Source: Syncephalis fuscata S228
Lineage: Eukaryota; Fungi; Zoopagomycota
Reading direction: 5' to 3'
Length of the DNA stretch: 64,000 nucleotides
NCBI GenBank assembly: GCA_025786725.1
Contig: JAHLTZ010000019.1
Location: 411,083 to 475,082 of the forward strand
Made by a program: the position numbers and the translations under genes
Shown: positions 26,601 to 41,384 of the stretch, piece after piece
Layout of the letters: the number at the start of each line of letters is the position of its first letter
Position numbering within the stretch: position 1 is the first letter of the stretch
The notes under the pieces: generated by a model
Seen by the model: only the letters and a program-made list of their open reading frames with translations
The model's database searches: none
What the model was told of the DNA's origin: nothing

Positions 26601-29600
26601 TATCACGATTGATCCACTTGTTGTTCGAGCCTCTTATCGTGATATTAATATGATGATGGGTGTGGCCAATAAAGTGGGTGAATTGGCCTCTAAAGCGGCT
26701 ATTCCATTTGAACCACCAGAACTATTGGCGGTTGATCCAGTTCTGACGGGTACTGCACCAGTTACTACGAGTGGAGAAATGCGTCGATCTAATTCAGAGG
26801 GAGGACAGACACCGCGTAGACCGGCATTAATGAATACCCTACAAGAGACATCGACTAAGGCATTAACTTTGATAGTAAACAGCGATCCCGTATTTTAGCC
26901 AGAGAACAAGTAAGTATTCTGTATACACTGTAGTAATATAGGAGGATGGCTAATAGATCAATAGTTGTCATTGAATATGAATGGTGTACAATTTGCGCTT
27001 ATTGGTGATGTATCAGAAGCGGTTATTCTAGATTTACATGTTGGTGCCTTCACTCTAGCCGTGGATGATTGGTCGACTGAAATGAAAATGGCGGTGGCTA
27101 TTCCATTCCATGCTAATTTCTTTAATTTTAAGAATTCACATTGGGAACCCGTCATTGAACCATGGCAATTTGAAGTACTTGTAAGTAGAAATAGATATGT
27201 TAATGTATATATTAATGTATATGTATTAATATAATGTATAAAATAGATGTCACGGCCAGTTGAATCGGGAGTGATTACTATTATTGTATCGGCCAATGAT
27301 CGTTTAGAATTTAATGTTAGTCAAGAGTTGGTCAGTACTGTATTGAATATGACCAAGGATTGGCAATCTACCGATAAAGTAAGTGATTTAACCAATATGT
27401 AAATATATAAATATATAAATATTCAAATATATATATCTAGGCTATTACATCTAGAGAAGAGTATGCGCCTTATTTAATTCGTAATCATACCGGTTATAAT
27501 ATGCATGTATGGACCGAGTTACACGAAAGAAGTAATGAAACAGTCATTAAAGAGTTGGCCAATGATGCTGAATTACCATGGAACTTTGATGATTGGCGTA
27601 CTCGTCGAGAAGTAAGTCAATTGTATACATATAATACAGATATGGTAATATTAATGCTGGTTATTAGCATATGAAAGTGACAAGTAGTTCATTGGGTATT
27701 CAATTAGAGGGTGCTGGTTGGGAGTGTGTTAAAGACATTGGTGTTGATCAAGAAGGCACGTCTCTTTACAAGTTACGACCAGATATTGATGGTGTATCAC
27801 ATCAGATTATTTGTGAGATTAAGCGACATAATACGGTGAAGACAGTGACATTTAGATCATCGTATCGTGTACATAATGCCACTAGTGTGCCTATAGAATT
27901 AGCACTTATGGATAATAGAGGACAGATTGTTGGTCTTATACACACTGTTGGTAAGTAGTTATTAATATCTATATGGCAATTATTAATGATATGTATACTA
28001 TTTAATAGCACCCAATAACTACTTTGCAGTACCTATCTTGGCCGGTTATCATCATCGACTATGTATTAGACCAGATCGTAAGTTGTTGTATTTATATATT
28101 TATATATATATATATATATTTATACTTATTATTAATGTAGGATCATTTGGTTATCGGTGGTGTACACATCCTATGAGTTGGAAGGAATTCGTGGCACCTA
28201 AACCACCCACAGTGGCTATTTGTTTACCATCAGAATCAGATCAGCCATCATTCCATTTTGCTCTATTTGGTCAATATGATACAAAGAATTTGGATAGTCG
28301 GTAAGTCTATTGTATACTATTTACATTAATTATAATTAATTAACCATTAATTAATTAACTAGATCATATCCAATTATGACATTACGAGTGGGAACACCAT
28401 TTGAATTGGAGAATTTATTGCCCTATGATGTTAAATGTCGTCTTATTGATAATGCGACACGTCATAATTACAGCAGTTATATGACTAAGAATTCAGTGAA
28501 TCCATTCCATTTGGTACAAATGAATCATATGTTGTTATTGAATGTTGAAGTTATTGATACAGGTCAGTATTATTATTAATATATAGTTAATATATAGTTA
28601 ATATTGATATTGGTTAATGAATAGATTTTCAACCAAGTGAATTTGGAGTTATTAATGCACCTAAATCGGATGAAATTGTTATTGATACAACGATATTTAT
28701 TGCTGATTCAGACGGTACTCGATTACAATTGAAGATTAATCGAGCGTAAGTATAAATAGTATAAATAGTATAAATGTAGATATTAATGTAAATATACAGA
28801 GAAATACCAGATTCAGGTGGTGCATTCCGTATTAGTGTCTATAGTCCATATGTTATGATTAATAAGACTGGACTTGAAATGTTATTTAAAACGAGATCAT
28901 TATTACAATCAGCACAACTAGCAGCAGGTCAAGGTAATGTTTATTATTTATTTATAAAATAGATAAATTTATACATTAATGTTAATAATGAATGTATAGG
29001 TGGTGCACAGCGTAGAGAAGGCGAGGTAAAGCCACTTATGTTCTCTTATCCCAAAGATGAACCTCGTAATAGAGCATTGGTTAAAATTACAGGTTCTGAT
29101 TGGAGTTCAGTAAGCAACTATTAACTATTAACTAATACTTGTATTAACATGAATTACTAGTCTTTAAGCTTTGAAGCTGTAGGTATTGCGTCAGAATTGA
29201 TACTTAACTGTACCAATAGCAATGAACGAGCTCATATTGGGTTGAAGTAAAAGAAGGCGAAGGAAAAGTAAGTTGATTCGTATATTTATATATTTATTTA
29301 TATATTTATATTTATATTTATATATATATACCATGTTCTAACTATTAATACTATATATCTATTTGTATATAGTATCATTTAACCAAGGTTGTTACATTTA
29401 CACCTCGATTTATTGTCAAGAATAATCTGGATGTCGATATCATGTTCCGTGAACCGACAACCGTCAAACATACCCTGTTACATCCTAATCAGCGTATTGG
29501 TCTAATCTACCTTCAACTTAAACAAGAGAAACAATTAACCCTACGCTTCCAAGGTGTAGGTCATCCATGGTCGTCACCCTTTAATATCAGTGAATTAGGC

Positions 29601-32600
29601 GATGTATTTGTTCGTATGTATGATGTGGATGGACGAGTTGAATTGATACGTGTACGTATATTGCTTGAACAAGCAACCATATTTATTCAACTGTACAAAG
29701 AAACAAATCAATGGCCATATCGAATTGAAAATCAATCTGATGCGGCAGTTATTGTATATCAACGACCTCCATTTGAAGCAGGAAATGCCGATGCTACCAG
29801 TGCTAAACGATACACGATACCGGCCCAGTCATCGCTTAACTATGCATGGGATTATCCATCATTGTCAGACAAATTACTTGTATTGAATGTGAACCATCGA
29901 GAACGTGACATAAGCTTACAAGAGATCGGGCCTTCAGTGCCATTACAATATCCAGTTAGTAGTCAGATGAATTGATTGTGTATCCATTAATATATGATCT
30001 ATCATAACTTAGAAAGCGGCTGGAACAACCGGCACCATGGCTATTGATGTCTATGCCGATGGCATGGCTCAAGTATTGCATTTATCTGATTTCAATCCGA
30101 TAAAGAGTATTTATCGACCCGCACGACGTGGTTCTTTATCTGATGACTTTGAAGTGGTAAGTTGTATTAAACAGAAGAGTTTATTAAAAGCAGTCTATTA
30201 ATTTCAAGTATTAAATAGATTAATATTAATACGAAGAATAACCTATCATTTAAGGTTTCATTGGCCGGTGTAGGCATTTCCGTTATTAATAGTCATGTTG
30301 AAGTAAGTTTAAGATGGTGTAATGGATTAATATTAATTAACAATAATAATAATAATAATAATAATAATTAGGAAATTGCTTATATTACATTACGTGGATT
30401 TGAGATTCTATTTAATGATTCAACTATTCAACAGTCATTCCATGTGATATGTCAATGGGTACAAGTAAGTTATTGATCGTACTCTATTTTATATATTTAT
30501 ACCTAAATTACTATTTACGCTGTAATAGATTGATAATCAAAAGTTTGGTGCTATTTATCCAATCGTGCTATTCCCTACCAGTATATCACGTAAACTAGAA
30601 GATACTGAACATCCCGCCTTCCATTTGGCGGTGGTTCGATCAAAGGATACATGTAAGTAAAGGATTGATCAATTATATAGTATAGATGGTGTATACTAAT
30701 GAATATTGTTATTACTCAATAAGCCCACGGTGTCGAGTATATTAAATACTTTTCTGTCCTATTACAAGAAATATCGGTGGAAATTGATGAAGATTTCCTT
30801 TATACGCTTATTGAATTCTCGAATTTCGATAATAACAATAATAATGCGTCCTCTTCATCATTATCATCGCCAACACCAATGACTACTTCTATTTCTGAAA
30901 GGTAGATGGTTCATCTATTATTGTAGCTATTTACTAACATTGAATAGACCTATTGGCTATGAGGGCATGGATATTCCGGAACCACGTCAGATTGAAAGCA
31001 CTACTCGAATTTACTTTGAAGTGTTACATATTCAGCCAATTAAGCTAAATATATCATTTATTAGTACGGATCGATTGGCGTTGGAATCGGATGCGAATAT
31101 GGCCCAATCCTCCAATAATCCCGTGACTTTCTTGGCCCGTGTAATGACCTCAACTATTGCTAATATATCGGTAAGTAATACTAACCAGTTATAATATATA
31201 TATTGGTATACTTATACTTTTTAATTTAGGATGCTCCTATTTTAATGAATGCACTATTGCTTGAGAATCTGCAATTAACACCAACTGTACTTGCTGAACG
31301 GTTGGAACAGCATTATCGACTGCAATTATTGTCACAGGCTAGTACAATGTTACATCTATTGGTTTTATTATACTAACTAATACGTTAATAGATTCATTTA
31401 CTCGTTGGCTCTGCTGATGCCTTGGGTAATCCAGTGGGATTATTCAACAATATTGCATCGGGCGTGGTTGATATCTTCTACGAACCGTATCAAGGCTTTA
31501 TTATGAGTGATCGTCCACAGGATTTAGGCTTTGGTCTAATTAAAGGCACGGCAAGCTTTATGAAAAAGACAGTATTTAGTCTGTCAGATAGTTTATCAAA
31601 GGTGACCGATACTATTGGCAAAGGTAAGGAGGGTTGTTAATGGATAATAATTGTATGTTTATTGTGTTAATTATAGGATTGACGGCTGCCACTTTTGATA
31701 AGAGCTTCCAGGATCGTCGACGTATTTCCAAAATACGAAATAAACCGAAACATGCTCTATCGGGTATTTCTCAAGGCGCTACATCATTTGCCAATAGTGT
31801 TATAAGTGGTATTACTGGTGTTGTGGTAAGTGGATTTTAATTAAACGCTAATAACTATTAATTCAATTTATTAGACACAACCATTGGCGGGTGCCGAGTC
31901 AGAAGGGGTTGGCGGTTTCTTTAGAGGTGTCGGCAAAGGATTAGTAGGGTAATTATTGATATATTCTATGATTTGTATAAAGATCTAATGAATAATCATA
32001 CTAGAATTGTCGCTAAGCCTATGGTTGGTGTTGTTGATATGGCAACTAATGTTTCTGAAGGTATTCGCAATACTACCACGGTATTTGACGATGCCGATGA
32101 ACTTGATCGTGCCCGTCTACCACGGCATATTCATCGTGATAAGATTCTTCGCGTAAGTATAGGAAGGGAAATCGATATAATAGCAACACAAACCAATAAT
32201 AATAATATTGATTAGAATTATAATGAACGCGAGGCAGTTGGTCAGAATCTACTAAGAAATGCTAATGACGGCACTTTTGCCAAAGAGAATTATTTGGCCC
32301 ATTTGGGTAAGTATTTTTATTACCCTGTATTATTGATTATTAACTAGCTTTAATTATAATAGAATTACGCGGTGATGGAGTGGATATTATTTTGACGGGT
32401 ACTCGTATACTTGCCGTTAGTATTAAACGATTACGTGTTGACTGGGAAGTATCATTTGCCGGTAAGTGGCAGTGCTAGGTAGGCAATACTCGTTTTAATA
32501 GTCTTTTTCTTTTCTTTTTTAGATTTGCGGGAAGTGAAACTCGACGATAGAGGCAATGTCAACGTTTTGTTAAAGAATAATGAAGCCGGTCCTAGCTTTA

Positions 32601-32698
32601 CTGTAACTTCAGCCATCAGTTTGGAAAGTTTGCCCTGGTTCCTAGGCTTATTGGACGAGGCACGTATTCAATGGAATAATTCACATCGGGCAGCTTAA
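20678..32698 (+). CDS. VPS13: Vps13 bridge-like lipid transfer protein (more than 30 short introns)
   Basis: Chorein-[16 protein letters not shown]...QLNIGIWSG; FFAT-like [10 protein letters not shown] near 24120; WEPVIEPW; VAB repeats; LGNPVGLF...; ATG_C and PH end. Apparent single-base frameshifts near 22810, 26440 and 29245. Confidence 0.96.
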
Positions 32699-33564
32699 TC
32701 CTTATGATTGAATATATATATATATATTGACATAAGTTTTATTCATAAAAAGTTGCTTTTATAAACTTTTTGTGCATTGTGAATTGTTAAAAGTAATAGT
32801 TTAAAATAGTTATTAAATATATAACTCGATGTGGATAATGTGTATTTGATTAACACTTTTTGTTTATTAAATTAACAAATAGCCATACTGCCTATTGGAT
32901 TAAGAGATAGAAAGTCATTAATTAGTATAACTAATAACCCATTGTGTGCCTTGTAGACAGCTTCTAAACTTTTTCGCCATGTTCAATGCTTTCTAAAGTT
33001 GGTATATGGCGATAGCCATGGGGAAAATTACAAACATATCCGATAAGAATACCATTATTGTTATCAATTATCTCATAGCGTCTGCCATAGAACAGCCAAT
33101 GATGATCGAATTTTCCATTTCGAGTATTCGTAATTAGTAATTTGAAACCTGCTGTTGTTTACCCGAAGCAAACTACAAAAAGAAGCTATAAAATAAACTC
33201 AGTCTTGCTAAAAATAACACTTATTTATGCTGTTGCTTTCAATTATTCTTTAACAGCAAAGCATTGTCTAAATTTAGTAGCAATTATTTACTAATTTGTG
33301 CTATGGAAGAAATTTCAATTTGGCAATTATTATTACTTAAAAGGAAATAAACGTTTACTAATTTGGTGCTTATCAAAGGCAATTATAAACTGAGTTTCTA
33401 GTTTTGATTTCTGATCGGTGTTGTTTATTGTTTTGTCTGAGATTGAATATAAGCTATTTAAGAAGAGGGAAAGCTTTTGTTTTGTTTAATCATCATTAAC
33501 TTTTCATCACGTCTCACAACTCACAACTTACACCTCACTCAAGTCACTTACTAGAACCATTGCC

Positions 33565-35096
33565 ATGTTTAACTTTGACAAAACATTACCTTGATTGCTG
33601 CATTGCAGGCATGCGCAATCCTTTTGGCACTTGATTTTAACGAAGCATCGCCACTTAGCAATCCTTTCAGCAAGAGTAAGTTAATATATAACAGTGTTTA
33701 GCATTATAGAGTAACAAGTATACAGAAACAACCAGTTCCGGAGCGTCTTTGGATCTTTCTATAGGAAAGCCTGGGTTCTTAAACAACAAGAATCTCCAGC
33801 TTGATAGTGTTCAGCCGATTTATGAAACCTATCAAGTAATGGCATATTCTACTTATCTTTTAAGCAAGGGAACTGAAACAGTAAAGACACCAGCTCTTAC
33901 AAAATGTTTGAACATTAAGTCTGGAAACACCCAGCAAGATGCACTTGTTTCAAAAGCAGCAGATAACGAACGCAACGCTTATAATGTAAGTTAAATATTA
34001 TAGCTATGGCAGTCTATATACATTATAGTTATAACAGCAATACTAACAATGTTAATAGATCATTGCCCGTGCCGCAGTGAACTATAATGGTGCTGCAGTT
34101 GCTGGCAAAAGCTATTTGGATGGATTTTTATCATATGATTTTAACGATAATTGGAGGTGCATTACAACGGCTAGAATTAACGGAATGAATATTCTTGCCT
34201 ATGATCGAAATGTGCTTAGTAACGATGTGAAAACTAGAGCTGAGCAGCATAAGAAATTTTTAACTCAGATTGTATCTAGTATGTATTATTTTATCAAGGC
34301 AAAATTATTGTGTTACTAACAACTTTATTAGCACTGGCCTATTTAAATGATATTGGTATAATTCATAACGATATCAAAACAGAAAGTAAGTCAATAGTAT
34401 ATGATATATAAGCATGGCCTAATAACCATTAATCGATGTAGATGTATTTGTTGATACAACCAATCCTAAGAACCCTGCAATCAAATTGATCAACTTTGGC
34501 AACTCGATTGCTATACAGCCTGGAGCAAATCAGCAAATCTTGAGTGGAGCTGGAGTACAAAGCAGCCTACTTTTCGATGCACCAGAAATTTATGCCTGTG
34601 ATCCATCAGAAAAACAATCAGCTTTAAGAAATATGGCCTCCAAGATAGGTATTGGCAAATCAAACAGCTGTAAACCAGTGAAGTACGATCCACGAAAGAA
34701 AGATATTTGGTCACTTGGTGTACTCTATTACTTGATTTTTACTGGTAAATACGTACTTCCAATCCCAACAGGCCAGAATTTCCGCGACCAGTATATCACG
34801 GAACTAAGGAATATATACGGCTCGGAAAATAAATTAAACCTTAACTTCCAAGACTACAACAGAGCTGATAAATCGACACAGCTTGACTGGCTGTTTACAC
34901 ACATAGAAAAGTATCTTAAGAATACCATTCAGCGCCCAACCCCTACGCAGAATCTACAGCTATATCCCAAGAGAGCGGTAGTGCTTTTAGCTTTTTAACA
35001 AAATCTAGTTCTGCAGGCTCCAGTACAAACAGTGATTCTCAAGCTAGTACTAAAAATAGCTTATTGAGTCGTTTCGGTATAGGCAACAGCAATTAA
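33565..35096 (+). CDS. Probably secreted protein-kinase-like protein (DFG replaced by NFG), multi-exon
   Basis: Leader ...IAALQACAILLALDFNEAS (needs one indel fix near 33585); ALTKC, DNER, IIHNDIKTE, KLINFGN, APE, DIWSLGV; the 3' end is either 34998 or 35096. Confidence 0.75.
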
Positions 35097-36040
35097 GGCC
35101 AATAAAGATACGGAATTAATTAAATCATACATTTTGTGTAATACAATAATTAACTAACTAACTAACTAACTAATTAATAGCAATTGGTTAAACTTTACTT
35201 TGACTCTCACTTTTGAGTCTTCATAGCAAAATTCATTCCAATCAGAGTCATGCCGTTATTATACATAACATAGCTATATTACTTTTTATTAAAATGTTGT
35301 TAATAATCTGATTTAAATAAATAATGTAACATACTATTTTATTTCTTTGAAACGTTTGAGGCTGATTATTGTTATTGTTGGCCATGTGTAGAAAGATTGA
35401 TAGAATATTAATAGAAGCCATATGATTGTAATTTCATGTCATTCTGCATTTGTTGTTATTGCATCTGAATGGTCTCATCTATTTTCTATTATTCTACTAT
35501 TGCATTATGGGTATATCTGTGCTGTAAGATCAGTATTAATATAAGTATTATAAATATTGTTTATTAAACAGCCACTTTTCCTATAGCCAATCTGACTAAA
35601 TGAAGGACAATATATATATTAAAGCAACAATAAAAATAACTAATTGCCTACATTATTGTATTAATAATTACACATAATTAATTAATGTTGGATGCAATAT
35701 TATACATTCTATAGTGATGTATGGGTGTTTAATTGTATTTAAAAGTATTAAGAAAATGAGATGAAATAGATAAATAAAAATGTGGGAGTCAAAGTACAAT
35801 AACACTTAATAATTAATTTTTATAACTAATTTTCTTTTGTTATCAATATTCTCTTTATTATTATTGCTATTTACAAACTACTACATTGTTGTGTTTAAAA
35901 CCTTGTTTGACTACCTGCCTACTTTTCCGTAGTCAGTAGTATATGCTCGATTCTTTTATATCTTATCGACAATTATCTATCTATTACCATTGCTCATGTA
36001 TCGAGTCTGTTATTGGCCCGATTGCTGCAAGTAACGCATT

Positions 36041-39000
36041 ATGGAAGCGGCATTTACAAAGACCACCGATGATACGTCTGTAGTGACCGCGTCTTCTGTA
36101 AAGCAACAGTCTTATGATGATCAAAATCAAGATGAGCGATGTACAAAGAAGATAGATCGTACAAGCGCATCCAAATCACGCTTACGAGGAAAGAAGGCTG
36201 ATAAGCAGAGCAAGCGCGTTGAAGATGATCTAGTGGCCAATGAGCTAACAACTAAAATGATGACTTGGAAAAGACGTAATGCCAAGCAAGTAACTCGTAG
36301 CTATTGTATTTCTTAAATGTACTAATATAAGAGTAGTGGACGAACAAACGATATACCACCTACAGTACACGGCCGTGGGCGTGGGCGTGGACGGGGAGGG
36401 AGCACCAGTATAGCAGCAGCGCCTATAGGGACAGGAACAGAAACGGCCTCACTGCATGACTCGTCAAAGTTTATCGAAAAGCAGTTATATGAACCAGGTG
36501 CCAATACTATGGTGACTGTTCATGAACGTGTTGGACGTGGACGCGGTCGAGATGGTTTAACAACTACTGCCATAAATAATAATCATAGTAATAATAATAA
36601 TAATACGAGTAATATGACGGCAACAACGGCAGTTACAGCACCTTTGTTAGCAAGTACAGCTATGGGAAATCGCTTAGATGGTGTATCAGGTAGCGTTAAT
36701 ATATATTTAATTACAACATGGTTCTATTATTTACATTGATTAGATTCGGCCAATGAACCAGTAGGACGGAAATCAAGCAGAAAGACTCGAGGTACCTCAA
36801 CTTTAAGTGGTCGTGGCAAATCTATTCGAGGACATGATACTGGCAATACAATGCCTGGATTAGAACGTGGACGTCGAGGCGGTGGAAGAGGCGGCCATTA
36901 TGGTCGGTCATCCGATCGACGATTTGATTCTGACGACGATGACAGTTGGTATGTACGAGGCGAGCCAGAAGAGTTGGAACCAGAAGTGACAATTCCACAT
37001 ACAGCAGCAAATCCTAAGCTATCGATAGAAGCAACAGCAGTACATTCATATAAAACATCTGATGAACAACATCGACTTTGTTTGCCATCCACTATCGCTA
37101 CTACTTCTACCGAGCAACAGCGTACTCGTCGACGACGTTCAGACCGTGATAAACAGCCATCACACTATATGAAAGGTTCTAATACACGGCATCAGCCGTT
37201 AATCGACGATACAGATGCACTTGAATCATTTTCACGTGACACTACTGGTCTAATTCACTCTAATGAACGCCAGCTATTTGATCCAACAACTGGCACCCTT
37301 CAAACTGCATCTAAAGGTGCAGGACATGAAGGTTCAACAACAAGAAGACACCGTACTGCTAAATCGCGGGATCTATCAACCTCTCATACTCATCCAAATG
37401 TATCAGTTCCAGTAACAGAAATAGTATCAGAACGTGACAGCACGACAATGTTGAGGTCAACGATTATTCACTTGGAGAAACGCATTGCCAGTGTGTTACG
37501 TGATTGTGATGATAAAGAGGCAATAGATACAATAATTGTCAATACAGTTGAGCATTCAGATACAACTGAATATTGGAGGAATAGATTGGATTTGTGTCAA
37601 AAGTAAGTAATTAAGTAATTAAGTAATTAGTAACTTGTTATTAATATTAATACTATGTATCTAGTCTACTTAATTATTATACACAATGGGCAGAAATCCA
37701 CCCAACTATGGATGGTCTACCAAATGCTTATGGTCGGATATGGAAGTTTGGTGTTTATCAGTGTATGGACGCACTTAGACGGCGTATAAAGTATAAGACT
37801 ACACTAGAACTGAATAAGATGACCATAGCCAATAATGAAGATAGTACAGGTCCAAATCAAACGGTAACTGATAATTTACGCCGTTTATTAAATGAGCATA
37901 TTTCAATGGCCGAGGAATTCTATCAATCTGCTCTTTATCGACTATCTTCTTCTTCTTCTTCTTCTTTACCATCAAGACCATTAATTGAAATGGGTCTATG
38001 GTCATGTGTTATGGCATTGGGTGATTTGTCTCGATATCGTGGTATGTTTGGACTGGCCAGTGGTGGTGAAGTGGAAACATTACGTCGTTATTGGCTTAAG
38101 AAATCACGGGCATGGTATCGGTGGGCAGCTCGTTTTACACCTGATCATGGTGAGTAATTAGTGATTAGTAATTACTACTTACTAATTAATGTAATTTAGG
38201 CAAAGTGTATAACCAATTGGCTATTCTTGCTTCACATCATGAGTTTGAAGCCTTTTATTATTATAGTCGAAGGTAGATATACTTGTATTAACACACAATG
38301 TCTTACATATACTTTATATAGTTTAACGGCTGATAAGCACTTTGATAATGCACGTGAATCACTTGTTATGCTTATTGAAATGAATCGCACTCGATATGCA
38401 TCAAGTTTGGCAAGTGTTCAATTATCATCTGATTTGTATTGCAACGACAATGGCTTGAGCGGCTATTTGTTCAACTACACGGCATGCTATTCACTAAAAC
38501 AAAGTAAGGTTATAGCAAACAATTGATTGTATAGTTACTAATGTTTGATTATAGTTTAGAACAGTTTACAGAATTACTTGATCAATTATTAGCAAAAATG
38601 ACAGATATTCTATTCGTTGATCCAACCATAGTAGGCTTAACTGACCATACTCAATATTCATTCTGGTTTCTATTTAGAGCTATTGTACTGAATATATCGG
38701 CAATTAACCAACATCAACACCAATCAAGTAATGAATGGTCAGAAGCAACAAATACCATGTCATCTATTGGAGAACATGAAGTGTTGGACGGTTATGCTAG
38801 TGGAAGAGCATTGGCTGCACAATTAATAGCCCAATTCTCAACAAATCTATGGCAACAGACAACCAGGCCAATCAATGATCAATTAAATGTTAATAGTGGT
38901 GTTTTACTTTATACATCAATTCTATTGGCATGGCTTGTTGGTAGCGGCTTGTATTCTATGGATAAGGATGCTATAAATGATTCATCGTTACCACCAACAA

Positions 39001-40690
39001 CAGTGATAGGTAAACGAGGCATTGTTTTAGCCAAGGTAAAGCTTTGTATATTATATAGACTATAAATCATTAATACAATATTTAGATGTCCAGTACATTC
39101 TGGCAATTTTTAGCGGAATATTTGAATAATATTCAACGAACACTTGATGAGCCATGGACTGAATCAGATAATATAACCTGTCGTTCTTTCACTGCAACAT
39201 CTCCACCATTACCGGAAGATTTTGAATTACAAGGACTAGCATGGTCGCTTACCTTTATAGCTGACCATAATCCTGCTTCATTGCTAACCCCATGGGATGT
39301 AACTAGACGACATAATGTTGAAGATGCCGTTGAGATTATCGATACAGATTATGGTCATTGGGAAGAACCAGAACTAGAACCAAAACATATAATGTCTATA
39401 GACGAAGATGAAGATGATATGAGAATGACCGCCAATGAATTATTAAGCTATCGTAAACGACGTGCATTAACATTGGGTCATCTATTAACAGCGGTAAGTA
39501 ATAAAAAAGACTTTTAGTAACCGTATTAATAGTAATCTAAATAATATATAGATGGTGACAGGATTTGAATGGTCATTAGCTTCAAAAGAATTTACAGTAG
39601 ATATTTCATTATTATCACAAAATACCAACCAGATACTGCTGTGAATAATATTAATATAATAATAAGTGAAGATGAAGAAAATGAAAGTGAAAGTGAAGAA
39701 GATGAAGATGAAGAGATATCAAATGATACACATGGTCATTTAGCCAATCTTAAGGTTAGTAACAATATACATATATATATACATATATATATAATCATGT
39801 ACTTTTAATAATAGTTAATAATCATGTTATAATAATAGGCTCGTAAACGTGAATTAGAAGATCTATTGACGGCTGATCGTCGTGATCGTCGTCTCTATGA
39901 ACGAACAACTACATCAACCATATCAAAGACAAACAGTGCTACACAGTCTTCAACATTAAACAAACCACATAAACTATCACCAGATAAGATAACAACACTA
40001 TTAATTGATACAAATATGTTTATTCGTGATTTATCAACCATTAAATGTATTATTCAATCAGGACACTGGTCAATTATTCTACCATTGGCTGGTACGTATT
40101 ATAATGGCATCATTATAAATGTAGTTAATTAAAGTGTGTTTAGTGGTTATTGAATTGGATGGTTTACAGAAGAACGATTCAGCTTTAGGAGTGGCAGCCC
40201 GTGAAGCAATTACTTATTTAGAGATCATTTTGCCTTAACTATCGAACAACGTATTAATAAAAGAACAAAACAGCAACAAATTCGTGTACAAACGGCAAAA
40301 GGCAACTATCTACCGGATATTCGATATCGTAGTGAATCATTCTACTCAAATGAAGAAACAGATCGATGGGGTGACTACACGGATACAACCTCTCAATTGA
40401 CAGCTATATCAACAACAACAACCAATGAATATGAAATTGAAAAAGAGTTAATAGCTACATCTCAATCAATGAGCACTGCTACAACAACAACAACTACAAT
40501 AACAACTAATCAATTACATTGGCCGCGTAAAACACTTGATGATGTTATTCTTGAAGTATGCCAACATCATACTAATGAAGCATCTGCGCTTGTAACTGAT
40601 GATGCTAATTTAAGAGTCAAGGCTCGTTCATACGGTGTAGCCGTCATGAGTGATCGACAAGTTAAACGTCTATTACGACAAGCTCTGTAG
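36041..40690 (+). CDS. SMG6: SMG6/Est1-like NMD factor: disordered RG-rich N-terminus, Est1/TPR domain, C-terminal PIN nuclease
   Basis: ALGDLSRYR, WY..A....PDHG|KVYNQLA; PIN motifs LLIDTNMFI, ILPLA|VVIELDGL, DDVIL, LVTDDANLRVKAR; several indels. Confidence 0.85.
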
Positions 40691-41384
40691 TACAGTAATC
40701 ATTGGGATATACTTTAGGATATGGTCATCTATAACACCATGGTTAATAGTTTGAGTATATATATATAATAGGAATACTCGAATATAATATAGCTATTGGG
40801 TTACCGGTAATACTATTATATCGGACAACGACAGTATACTTTTACTCTTTAATTAGAGATAAGAAGAAAGTGATACAGAAAAAACAATGTATCTTTTTTT
40901 TACTATTGTCGATGATAGCCACTCACCATTATAACAACAACAGTAGCAGTAGTAATAGCTACAGCAGTAACTGCACCTAGTTTATTACATTGATAATGGT
41001 GCAAGTAGTATTGAAGATGCCAATTGATTGCGTTACTTTTCTATTTCATTATTATTATTATTATTATTACTATTATTTCCTACTATTGATCGTACAACAT
41101 TTTGTCGTTTACTTGTATAGAGACGATGATGCAGTGATATATACATTATATACTATATACACTTAATACTAATATCAATAACACTGATGATGATTGGATT
41201 GGATGGATTTGGTGTTATAAATATAATAATATGACTGTAATAGTAAATAAATAAAAGGATGATAGTCATAATAATATAAATTGATAATAAACATGATGAT
41301 TAGTTGTTTATTATTAAATATAATGCTATTAAGCATTAGATGATAATCATGATAGTGTTACTAATAAAGAATTAATAATAATGG

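Noticed and set aside
22800-29260. VPS13 as a pseudogene or programmed-frameshift gene
   Set aside because: The rest of the gene is intact, I saw no slippery sites or structures at the breaks, and the same indel pattern occurs window-wide
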